Source: Piromyces finnis finn | Lineage: Eukaryota; Fungi; Neocallimastigomycota | Reading direction: 5' to 3' | Assembly (NCBI GenBank): GCA_002104945.1 | Contig: MCFH01000003.1 | Span: 992,001-1,056,000, forward strand | DNA: 64,000 nt | In this document: positions 1-12,170 of the stretch, piece after piece | Numbering within the stretch: position 1 is the stretch's first letter | Layout: the number at the start of each line of letters is the position of its first letter | The notes under the pieces: model-generated | The model's database searches: none | Told to the model about the DNA's origin: nothing | What the model saw: the letters and a program-made list of their open reading frames with translations, nothing else | Made by a program: the position numbers and the translations under genes

Positions 1-99
1 TAAAAATCAGGTTTAATAATAATTCTATACTTATTAATTTCTGAAAAATACTGTATTAACTGAATATTGTGTTTAGTTTAATTAATAGTTCACCTTTGT

Positions 100-570
100 A
101 TACAAGTAGTAATAGTAATTGTAAAAAAAAAGAATAAAATAATTAGAAATAGCCAAGTTGAATAGTTTGAACAATTGTAATATTAAATATTGGTTGATTA
201 TTTGTTGTTTCTTAAATGATAATATGAGTGATAGATATAGAATGTTAAACAACTGTAGTGATAGAATAGCTAGAGCCAGTGACGCAGGCCTCTGAAACAA
301 GTTCCATGGATATTGAGGATGAAACTGGTCAAAGCTTTAACACCAGAGGAAAACTCATCCCAAAACTTTAAATATAACTTAGAAGAGTGCCGACGTAGCC
401 AACAGTCGACTTGCAAAGTTAATATTGAGCCAATTCAAGAACGTCATGGACTACTTGAAAAGATGGCTAGAGACTCATCCTTCAATGCTGAAGCGAAGAT
501 CCATTTCTTTATGAAAGTCAAGGAAAATGTTAATTTCCTTTAACCAAAAATTGGAAAGTTAAATGGGTTA
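100..570 (+). pseudogene. gag: Internally deleted 5'UTR/gag remnant of the Ty3/gypsy family at 12171-15613
   Basis: Colinear blocks match the gag at 14849-15613: MDIEDETG..NTRGKLIPK, FKYNLEE, DVANSRL, EKMARDSSFN.EAKI.FFM. They are separated by several deletions, and the upstream non-coding sequence also matches 15545-15700. Ends approximate. Confidence 0.85.
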
Positions 571-819
571 ATGCCGTTTTATTATACAGAATAGAAATAT
601 TAAAACATAATCAATAAAGTTATAAAGACAATATAATTTAAAATTAAATTACTTTCGCATAAAAATAACCCGTATCACTTATATATAGTAATGTGATTCA
701 TAATAAAATAATTTTATCATAAATGTGGTTAATGTATTAATTTTAAAAGTTGAACCACAATTACAAAATTTGACGGCACACTAATTTTATTAAATTTTAA
801 ATTTATGTGATTAAGTAAA

Positions 820-1025
820 TATTAATAAAAATAATTAAGGTTAAGTATCTAATATTTAATACTCTTTATATATTTATGTGTAATATAAATTAAATATTAA
901 TAAAAATAATTAAGGTTAAGTATCTAATATTTAATACTCTTTATATATTTATGTGTAATATAAATTTAATAAGAGTATTAAATATTAGATACTTAACCTT
1001 ATTACACATAAATATATAAAGAGTA
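820..1025. repeat. About 72-bp tandem duplication followed by inverted copies of its two halves
   Basis: The unit aatattaataaaaataattaaggttaagtatctaatatttaatactctttatatatttatgtgtaat occurs twice (~820-965). Then 972-1000 and 1001-1025 are reverse complements of overlapping parts of the unit. Confidence 0.85.
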
Positions 1026-1231
1026 AAATATATTATACATATTTTTTAAACTCTAAATATATCATTCTTTATTTTTGTGAGGATTTATTTTATAAAATAT
1101 CTTAAATATTCATAAGCTTATATAATTTATTACAATATTTATCTAAACTAAGTATTTAACAAAATTAATACTTAATGACGGAAATTAAACAATCATCCTT
1201 CATTTTGCAATACCAAAATAAATATTAATTA

Positions 1232-1302
1232 TGCGTTAACCGGGAATCGAACCCGGGCCATTTGCTTGGAAGGCAAATATTCTACCTCTATACTATTAAC
1301 GC
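1232..1302 (-). tRNA. tRNA-Gly: tRNA-Gly(UCC), intronless, apparently intact
   Basis: The minus strand reads GCGTTAA..TAGTATAGAGGTAGAATA TTTGC-CTTCCAA-GCAAA TGG CCCGG GTTCGATT CCCGG TTAACGC A. It has a 7-bp acceptor stem, a TCC anticodon loop and a GTTCGATTC B box. Confidence 0.95.
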
Positions 1303-1349
1303 TATAATTATTACACTTGATAAATAATTAAATTTATAAATTATGAATT

Positions 1350-1392
<43 letters not shown>

Positions 1393-1466
1393 TTAAAACA
1401 CAGATAGTTAAAAATTAAAATAATTAACTTGTATAAAATTATTAAATTAAAAATTATAAATGTAAA

Positions 1467-1497
<31 letters not shown>

Positions 1498-3118
1498 TAA
1501 ATTAAATAGTTTATATTTGTTTATAATTATACTTTAAAATAATAATTTTGTATAAATAGTGATAGAATCATTTTATTTTAAAATTGTTCCTAATAATCCA
1601 GTAAAATTAGATAATAATATTAAATTTTATTAAAATAATAGTTGTGATTATATTTACATACATTCAAGATGTATTAAACCATAACATATATATATTTAAT
1701 AATACAAGAGTTATTAAATATTAAAACTTTATAATTAAATAAAATAATTTTATATTTTAAACTAACAAAGACTTGCAAATGAACAAGTATAAAAATCATT
1801 CATTCTATTTTTATTTTCTTATTTATTTTTATTTATTAAATTTTAGATACAAATATTATCACTTTCTATATTCATTTATAGAATTAAGATAATATTTTCT
1901 ATTGTATCACATTTGATACGTGACGAACAGAAAATACTACTTTTGGTAGAAATTCCAGGTTAATTGTCATGAATATTAGTGGATTCATGATTGTTTATTT
2001 AATTAGTGTTTTATTCGTTTAATTAATTAGAAATATTTTATTATAAAACATAATTAAATAATATTTTAAGAAATATTAATTAATTATAATTATTAAGATT
2101 TTATATTTATTAAAGTTTGAATTAATATTTCTTTGTTCATTTGATTAAGAAGGAAATTAAAACTAAATTATAAAATAATCATTCCTTCTACAAATGATTG
2201 ATAATATGACTTTTATAATTATTAAATTTAACACGAGTGAAAAGTCATATATAATTAATATATAATTAATTTATAGAATAGTTAATTAATATAAATAATT
2301 AGTCATGTATTAAATTTAAAATGTATTTCTTAATATTAGAGATAGTATAAATACTCGAGAAAATTCCTATCATTAGGAATTTCGAGAGTTCATTATATTT
2401 AATATTTACTCTAATTATAATAATAACTAATAAATAAAGATTTTTCTTTAAATAAAAATTTATTAATAAATAAAGTTAATAAAATATTATTTATTTAAAA
2501 ATTTACTAATTCATTTATTTAATTAATTGATAAACTTAGGGTAAATATGTACGTTCCGATCTAACTGAAGTGAAATCCTTAACATTAATTCATATAAGGG
2601 TTAAGATAATAATAAATTAATAATAACTTTAATTAATAATGAAATTAATTAAAAAAAAAAAATATTTAATATGTACTAATATAAATATAATTAATAATTA
2701 AATAATTAAAATGATGTTCTTGATTTTGTAATTAAGTTCCAAAGATAATAAGATATAATAAAATGAGAAATTTAGTAATAGTTTAGTAATATTAATAGTG
2801 AATAAGTAGTATATTTATATAGGAAATATAGTTATTTTAAATATGTATTATTAATAATAAATAAATGTAAAAATACTAATTATAATATATTTTAATAAAG
2901 ATAAATATTTAATAATAATAAAAGGCTTATTTTGTTTATAATAATAATAATAATAACAATAACAATAAATAATAATAAATAAATAAATAAATACATAATA
3001 ACTATATCACATAATTATTAATAACTGGAATATATTATTTCAGCAATATTTCTTATTACCACAACCTCAAAATAAATAATAATATTATGATATTTTATTT
3101 TATAACGTATCACATTAT

Positions 3119-3765
3119 TGTAAGAAATTAAATTTATTTTATAATAAATAATCTATATTTCTTATTAAAATTAATTTATTATATTTTTTATTTAACCTTT
3201 AATATTTTATTAAATTTTATTAAATTTTATTAAATTTTATTAAATTTTATTATAATGCATAATGTATTTTAAATGTAATGTAAATTATTGTATTTAGAAA
3301 AAATCGATTATTAGAATTTTCCCGAATCCATTCGGTTTTATCTAATAATACGATGATTGATAAGAATAGATTATCAATCGAAACTTTTCTAGTTTTTTCT
3401 TCTAATCTTTTTCTAGAAAAGAAATTTATTAAGATTAGAACTTTCTTTTATTCTTTAAGTTTTTATATAAAAAGACCTCTTGAGTTTCATTTGAAAATCA
3501 AGAGTTATTATTATAAGAAATTATAATAAATAACATATATAAATTGATACACTTTTAACATAAATAAAACATTCTTATAATAAAAAATATTTTAAACCCT
3601 AACACAAACGTTATTTATAGGCTCTTATAATAAACTCGATAAGTATATTCTTCTTTATTTTAATAAATAGTTTCCTTATCATTATCTCATTTTAACAATT
3701 AGTGTTAAAATGTAGCTAATAATTTTATTATGTGAAATACTAATGCATATAATAAAATTATTACA
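3119..3765. mobile_element. Solo LTR, family A (647 bp)
   Basis: TGTAAG...ATTACA termini with an ATTAT/ATTAT 5-bp TSD. Near-identical copy at 31758-32396 and a diverged relative at about 4600-5100. Confidence 0.88.
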
Positions 3766-3806
3766 ATTATTGTAAGAATAAATACTTATTATTTATTCTT
3801 AGTATT

Positions 3807-4412
3807 TGTAATGTTGAACACTGAAAGAATAGATTAGGATATCTATTCTATTACAATAACACAAAAATTTGAAAAAATAAAATAAAAAATTGTTTTATAA
3901 AATATCTTTTATTATAATAGAATTTTAATAATAACAATTACATCGATAAAATGATGAAAAATATCTTCTATTTATATTTTTCCTAAATACATTTATATTA
4001 TATTATAACTATTTATTTCTTATATATTATTATTTAAAATCTACACTAAAATCTTAATTATTAATAAATATTTAAACTATAACTATTTTTAGTAAAATAC
4101 AATTGGCAATTCAAATTAAGTACTATTTAATTTGAATATGTGCCCATGTATTATTGATATATTAATCATTTATTATTTATCTATTTCTATAAAAAAACAA
4201 TACTAAAACTAGGGATTTAAATTGAGAATATTAATTTACTTGTTAAACATTAAAAATAAATTAATAATTTATTTTGTTTTAAACTTTAATTATTAATAAA
4301 TAAATTATGTCTCATTTTCTTTTTCTGAATATAATTTGTGTAACTAAAACAATAATACTTGTGGCTTAAGTTACATTAAAGATATCAAACAGAGGCGTTT
4401 GATATCTTTACA
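3807..4412 (-). mobile_element. Solo LTR-like element, family B (606 bp)
   Basis: TG...CA termini with a GTATT/GTATT TSD and the terminal hairpin aaagatatcaaac..gtttgatatcttt. Many other copies in the window. Strand is given relative to the majority of copies. Confidence 0.88.
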
Positions 4413-5521
4413 GTATTAAACATTATAAATAATTTATTTAATTAATAATCATTAATCCATTAAATTATATTAATATATTTATTTAGTTAATAATTATTCA
4501 TTCATTCACTATATTAGATTAATTAATTTATTTAATTATGTATTTATACATTCATTTATATACACTTGTATTATAAAAGGTAAAACATATACTAATTACA
4601 TTAATAATATTATACAACTATATATTAGTATGTAATAGGAAACCGGATATTAAGGTTTTACCCGTTATCAACGGTTTTACTTAATATTACGATGATTGGT
4701 ATGATTAGAATATCAATCAAATAACTTTTTAGGTTTTTCTTCTAGTATTTTCCTAAAAAGATTTTTGTTAAGATTAGAATGTTCTTAGAAATTTTAATTT
4801 AATAAAATAAAACATATAAATAGTACTTTTGAGTTCGATTTGAGAAATCAAGAGTTATTATTATAAGATTAATTATAATAAATAATTTTATACAAAATAA
4901 TAAGTAATAAAATAAATATTAAAAAACTATTAAATACACAAAATAATTCTGATACGTTTGGTGTTTGTTTATTATAATTTCTTATAATAAACTCATTAAG
5001 TTAAGTTTCTAATTCTACCTTTATTTTCACATTTTAATAATAATTTATATTATTAATTTAAAGCTAATAATTATTATTATATAATAAATATAATATAATT
5101 ACTACAATAATACAATAGAAAAATATTATCTTAATTCTATATTTTACTATAGAAAGTGATAATATTTGTATCTAAAAAAAAATAAATGATTTTTATACTT
5201 GTTCATTTGTAAGTATTAGTTAATGTTTAAAAATATAAAGTTTATTTAATTATAAAATTATATCATTATTTAATAACTCTAGTATTATTAAATAAAAAAA
5301 AATGTATGTTTTATATTCTAATTTTCAGAGATTATTAGTAACCCTTTTAAAAATAAGTTTTATTATAAAATCATTTTTGAATTTAATATTTAAAAATATA
5401 TATCTAATTTTTCGCTCTGGATTATTAGGAACATCTTTTAAAATAAAGTAATTCTATCACTATTTATACAAAATTATTATTTTAAAGTATAATTATAAAC
5501 AAATATAAACTATTTAATTTA

Positions 5522-5552
<31 letters not shown>

Positions 5553-7231
5553 TTTACATTTATAATTTTTAATTTAATAATTTTATACAAGTTAATTATT
5601 TTAATTTTTAACTATCTGTGTTTTAATATTATTATTATTATTATTATTATTATAAATTCATAATTTATAAATTTAATTATTTATCATATATCAAAAAGCG
5701 ATTTTTTATTAAAGAAAAGTGTGGTAAGCACACTAGTTATATTAATTAACAAATATAATACGCTTTCCTATTGAAGGCGTAAAGCTAATAATATTTATAC
5801 AAAGAAAATTAAATAATATTTTTATTTTAGCAATAACTTAATATCAGCATATATTAAGTTATTAAAAATATTAAAATTTTTAAAGTTTTAGGTTTTATAG
5901 GAGTTTATAAATTTTATTAACTTTAAGTTTAAAAATTACTAACGCTAAAGCTTCGTAATTTTTGTCAATTTTTGTTCTTTTTATACATGAACAATTTTAA
6001 TTATTACATTTTTTAATTTTAATTAATTATTGTCTAATTATAAAATATTTAATTTTCATAGTTAATAATTAATATAATTATTATAAATAGTTAATAAATT
6101 TAAAATAAAATTTTTAATAATAAAATTTTAATAATTTTAAAAAAATTTAATAATTTCAAATATTAGAAATTTTATACTTTGAAATTTTTTAATAAAAATT
6201 TAAAAAATAAATTTTTTCAAATTTTCAAATTTTTTAAATTTTTATATGTTATTGTGACATATTATTTCAAAAAGCGATTTTTTATTAAAGAAAAGTGTGG
6301 TAAGCACACTAGTTATATTGTCACGAATACTAGTGGAATCTGCAATTTCAAGATCACTTGAAATTGTGAAATTACTTATAAAATTTCAAAATCAATATTA
6401 TTTTCAAATAAATTATAAAATTATTAAGAAATATTTAAAAAATTTAGAAAAGGTTAAGATATGACCTTAACCCTTAATAATTTTATAACGAATAACTTTA
6501 ACCCTTATCGTTAAAATTAAATAAGGAAAAACACGCGTATCTCCTCAACGAATGGCGATTTTTGGGAAATTATGGTTGGGAGATTGTGGGTTCGTTAGAA
6601 AGCCACACTCGAGATGAGCAACATATCTTAAAATCAGGTCGATATCTCTGCTGGTTCACGAGATATTCCAATTTAAAGATATTTTGTTAGTAATGATTAA
6701 TTGTTTATTCAGAGAATTATCACCCCTGATGTATTGAACATAAATCATTCACCCAAAAGGATATAAATTATTGTTTTAATTAAATTAAAATTATTTTCCG
6801 GAATTAATTAATATTATGAATATATAAACAATAGTTATTTTTAATAATTAGTAATAAATCTTAAGTTTAGCCTTAGTATTATAAAATATATTATGAATAT
6901 AATCATGTACTAAAAAGTTATTTTATTATTAAATGTAAAATTACAATTAGTATAAATAGTTTAGAATAGTTTATGAATTAAATCTTTATAAAGATTATTA
7001 CTTTATTAATACATAATAAGTATTACTATTAAATAATCTTATTATTATACATATTCTTTAAATAAAATAAAAAGAAATTATTTTAACCATAATACATAAT
7101 TTAATTATTCATTTATAAAACAATTAAGATTATTTTAATAAAACATTTTTTCTAACCTAGTTATCTTTAATCTTTTATTTAATTTAATATTTTAATATTA
7201 AATTATAAGTTTAGTAAAACTTTTACATATA

Positions 7232-7657
7232 TTAATTAACAAATATAATACGCTTTCCTGTTTCATCAATTTTTGCCAATGAACCTGGAAGTATCGTTTC
7301 TAATGACCAATTTTGTGATGGACTTTCCGCATCGCATTCTTTCATTGTAACTTGAGCAAACAACTTGTAAAGATCTGAATTTGGTTCTTCTAAAATGTCT
7401 AAACACCCGTTTTTGTTAGCTACAGTCTGAATTGAATTATTATTAAAACTATTTTTAATACTTGAAATAATATTCAAACTTTTGTTACATTTTGAGGTTA
7501 AAACCTTTCCATTAATAATATTTAAACAAATTGAAGGATCGTATACATTGACGTAACGGCCATCTTCATTTTCATAAGATATAAGCCATTTTTGTTTGTC
7601 ATCATTTTTACATTCATCTAATATAGCAGATTTATTATTTTCGGAAAAAGATAGGCA
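7232..7657 (-). pseudogene. Ricin B-type (CBM13-like beta-trefoil) lectin domain fragment
   Basis: The frame extends upstream of the listed ORF: CLSFSENNKSAILDECKNDDKQKW...CLNIINGKVLTSKC...GCLDILEEP...VTMKECDAESPSQNW. These are repeated C-L-D...C...Q-x-W motifs. No start or promoter visible. Confidence 0.75.
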
Positions 7658-8439
7658 TAAAGGCGTAAAGCATAATATTTATATAAAGAAAATTAAATAA
7701 TATTTTTATTTTAGCAATAACTTAATATCAGCATATAAATATTAAAGTTAATAAAATTTATAAACTCCTATAAAGCCTAAAACTTTAAAAATTTTAAGTT
7801 TGAGGATTAAAGTATTAATGAAAAAACAAGTTTTTTAACAATTAGAATATAAAAACATTTAAATAAAGATATTTTAAAAAAAAAAAAAAAAAAAAATAAA
7901 TAAAACCGAACGATAAATATAACACGTTCAATAAAGAATTAAGTGTAAAATAAATCGCATTATAATTAACGTAGGATATTGGAAACGAAAAATTAAGTAA
8001 AGATTAACGTGAAAAAGTCCTATATTAAGATTTATTACTTCAATATATACATTAATTTAGGAGTATTATAAGGAAACTTACGAATAAATTAATACCCAAA
8101 ATAGGATACAACACATTGTTGCATTCTATCTAGTTACTATTGACAGAATAAATCCCGTTTTAATGTTCGCCTTAAATAAACCGGAAATTTTAATAAATTT
8201 AAAATAAAATTTTTAATAATAAAATTTTAATAATTTTAAAAAAATTTAATAACTTCAAATATTAGAAATTTTATACTTTGAAATTTTTAAAAAAAATTTT
8301 AATTTTTTCCATGCGTCCAAATTTTTTAAATTTTTATATATGTTATTGTGACATTATGTATGTAGTAATTTTATTATAATATTTATATTAAATAGTATAA
8401 TATAATTACTTGTCGATAACTCTTAAAAATTTAATATTA

Positions 8440-10870
8440 AATTATGTATATGGAAAGAAATAATAAAACTAGAACTTAACGAGTTTATTATAAGAAAACA
8501 AAACTATCTACAAAGAATTTATTAACACCATATTCAGGACTATAGCAGAAGATGAAGGTGATAAGAGTATGAAGGAAGATCTTAAGTTATTTATCAATCA
8601 TCCAAAATCAACTCCTACACACAATAAGGATAAACAAGTAAGTAATAATAATTCAAAATATTATAAGAAACCTGAAGTCAAGAAAACTAAAAACATCACG
8701 GGGAGGCTGATCTCCACACACAACACAGAGAAGAGTATTATAGATAAAAGCGTAAGCTACATCCAAAAAAAGACTCACCCAAGAATATATCCACAATACC
8801 ATGGAAACAATTAAAAATTCAAAGTTTCTAAACAATCCACGCTTTGGCGGTAAAATGCATTACAATAAAGCACTCATCATAGATAACAAACATAACGCTA
8901 AATATGGGATCGTACTTCTAGATTCAGGCTCCGCCGGAAATTGTATTGGCGAAAACATAATTACCAACTTAAACATTAAGAAGTACACTAACAATATTTC
9001 ACACACCATTCAATCGGGCGAAACAATAACTGAAATAAAGGAGTATTGTTATCTTACAATTGGAGTCGAAATTAAAAAAGGAATATTTTACTTCACCAAT
9101 ATCAGATTAAGTATTATGCCTATTAATGGCCCAATTAGTCATCAGAAAAAGAATTTCTATTACGACAAAATAATTCTTAATGACGACTTACTATTCAAAA
9201 TGCGAAAACTTCATTTAGAAGCCAGTTATTTCCCATATTTCCTAAATTATGAAGATAATAGGAAGGAAGAATTCAGGGAAGTACTCCAAAAGAGGAAATA
9301 CGTGGTAGACGAACAATGGGACAAGGAAAATCTAAATGATCGAGGCAAAATCGTTATCAATAAACAAAGTAAACCCAAGAAAAATACTAATCACATTCAT
9401 AATACTGAAGCGATAACACTTTCTACAGATGAAAAATTGAAGATCGAGCAGAAATTACTTAAGCAAAAACAAGAAAACCAAAGTTTCATTATTTCTACTG
9501 ATCACAAAGAAGGTTTAGAAGAATATATAATCAAAGAAATTCAGAATTTACCAAAAGAACAAGAATTCAAACAAGTCTTCGAATCTCCCCCAGCAGGGAA
9601 AATTTTCAATAGAAAAACTAACAACTTAAATGCTTATCTCCCCTACGACAAAGAGAAAGTTAAGAGGCTCCCAATGATGCCTCATATCAAACTGGACAAA
9701 AGACAGGAAGATGCTTTAGAAGAAGAATTCCGCGAACTTGAAGAAAATGGAAAGATCGAAAGAACTAGATCTAGCTCTGCATGCAACGTATTTAATGTCC
9801 CAAAGAAAGATGGTACTTTCAGAACTGTTTTCAATTATGTCATGGTTAACAATTGCTTACACCATAACAATTACCCTATTCCAAAAATTATCGAGTTAGT
9901 GCATAGGGCTGCACAATACAAATATCATATTCTCTTAGATCTTAGAAATGCCTACAACCAAATATTTTTGGAACCAAAATACCGTTTCCTAACCAGCTTC
10001 CGATTCAAAAACCAGACCTATCAATGGAAAGTCTTACCTTTTGGACTCTCAACAGCACCATCTATTTTTCAATCTATCCTAAACTTATTGCTTAAAGATT
10101 ATTTAAATAAGGGAATTGACGTCTATTTAGATGACATCCATATCTACGCCCAAAGTAAAGAAGAATGCATAAAATTATGCGCTCACACACTCAAAAAATT
10201 TAAAGACAATAATTTCTTTTGTAAACTTGAGAAATGCCTTTTCTTTCCCGAAGAATTCGAATATTTAGGTTATAGAATTAGTTTTGAAAAGATACGCCCG
10301 ATATCTAACAAGAATCTTGAAATCAAAGAATGTAACACTCAAAAAGAATTTCAACAACTTTACGGATTCCTAAATTATTTTAAGGATTATGTTAACAATT
10401 TCACGGAAAAAACAAAAAATATCTCTTTAGGATTATCTAATAAAAACACTGCTTGGACCAAAGAAATGAATGATGAACTAAACTATTTTAAAAATTTAAT
10501 CCCTAACCTTCCCGATTTAGCTCCCTTCAAACCTAACCATGACATCTTTGTCCTAACGATGCCTCGGAAATCGGAATTGGTGCCTCAATTTTCCAAGCGG
10601 AGGGCCCCCATGTACATGTTCAAAATTACATTTTAAGTAACGTATACAAGAATAATATCAATCGTGAAACAATCGAAAACCTATTTGGTCATAAGAAATG
10701 AACGTATAATGGACATTATGGACGCAAAAATAATAAGTCCGATAAAGCTAAGAATCGTGAAGATATTAATCCTCCAATTAAATTAAATGAGGCTATGAAT
10801 ACATTTGAAATAAAAAACAATAGGCTAACAGAACTTAAAAAATATTTAAAGCCAATAGGTTTCTATAACT
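8440..10870 (+). mobile_element. pol: Fragment of divergent Ty3-like reverse-transcribing element: Gag C-terminus, aspartic protease, RT, start of RNase H (frameshifted)
   Basis: Protease LLDSGSAGNCI; RT motifs LDLRNAYNQI, LPFGLSTAPSIFQ and YLDD. RNase H DASEIGIGASIFQ is restored by a 1-nt frameshift near 10555, and KPIGFY lies at about 10850. Homologous to 26480-26870 and 29767-30669. Confidence 0.9.
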
Positions 10871-11161
10871 CTTGAATTTTTTAATTCAAGAGTTATTATT
10901 TTTTCTTTATAAGAAAAAAAATTAACTCAAAACTTATTAAGAGAACTTTTAATAAACAATTTTTTAAAAAAAAATTATCAAAGAAAAATTATTCAATAAA
11001 TTAAAATAATAATAAAACAAACATTAAAGATACGTATTAATTATTTTGTGTATATAGTTATATTGTTATATTACTTACAGTGTATTGTTACATTGTAGTT
11101 AAGAATGTACATATATAATTAAAATTATATATTAAATTCTTACATGATGATACGCTACTCC

Positions 11162-11753
11162 TGTAAAATATTGTATTAGTTAAATAATGTATTTAACACG
11201 TGTGTAGATTAATGTATAATGTATTGAATTAATGTACCGTAAATTTTTACAAAAATTTACATCACAATACATTAACATAAATTTATGTAAAATTAACTTA
11301 TTGATAAGATAAAGTTTTTGATGATAAAATAGAATTTTAAATTAAATAATTTTTAACCAATAAATATTTTAGATAATAAAAAATTTTTTTTATAAACTAA
11401 GCCTCAAAATTAGAAATAAATAAATTAAATATATGTTTGAAATATAATCAACCATATAATAAATAAATCAAAACTTTATTTTAAGTTTAGAAAATTCTTT
11501 ATTAAATAAATTGAATTTAAATAGTTTAATACAAATAATTTCTTTTAATAAATGTATAAATGTAAACAATGTAAAATTATAATATTAAAACATTAATTCA
11601 ATTTATTTAAAAAGTATAAATAAATAAAATTTTTCAACTATTAAAACGATAGTTGGAAAATATTAATTATTGGTAATTAATTAATTAGTATTAATAATAT
11701 AATATTATTCCAATAATTTATTTAAAGGTTAGATTTAAATTAAATATTTTACA
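11162..11753 (+). mobile_element. Solo LTR, family C (592 bp)
   Basis: TGTAAAATA...TATTTTACA termini with an ACTCC/ACTCC TSD. Partial copies at about 17815-18322 (minus) and 52984-53245. Confidence 0.88.
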
Positions 11754-12170
11754 ACTCCCATAAAAACATAATAAAAACTAGCTGAATAAACACGACTTAA
11801 CCCATAGTAATTTATAATAAAAATAAATGATAATAACCCTTAAAAATGAGTGAATAATAATTTTATGAAAATATAACCCTTTCTTAAATAAATAATATTC
11901 TCTTTATTATATAATAAATTCTGAGTAAAAACGACCTAATAGTGATAATAATAAAATAAATTATTAAATAAAATAAAACGACTTAATCCAATAATGTACT
12001 AAAATAATAAAATAATAATAAATAAATAAAAATAAATAAATAAACTAAAAATAAAATGGTATACATCAAATTATTAATTCTAGTGTTTTTTCCAAGTGTT
12101 CTTTAGAAATTCTTTTAAACTTATAAATTAATAAATAACTAATTGAGTAATTATTACTAAAATGATAAAC

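Larger units (their letters stand above)
1318..5686. repeat. Long inverted repeat: arms 1318-1568 and 5451-5686 enclosing about 3.9 kb
   Basis: The arms are near-perfect reverse complements (tgataaataattaaatttataaattatgaattt... / ...aaattcataatttataaatttaattatttatca). The main difference is the length of an (AAT)n tract. No TSD seen. Confidence 0.9.

Noticed and set aside
3300-3480. rRNA or ncRNA fragment (also about 4635-4790 and 31920-32100)
   Set aside because: It lies inside TSD-bounded family A LTRs, and I recognise no conserved rRNA motif.
5691-5737. Helitron-like 3' end (hairpin AGTGTG-GTAAG-CACACT plus CTAG), repeated at about 6267-6313
   Set aside because: The hairpin overlaps the CTAG rather than lying about 10 nt upstream, and similarity between the two copies continues past the CTAG.
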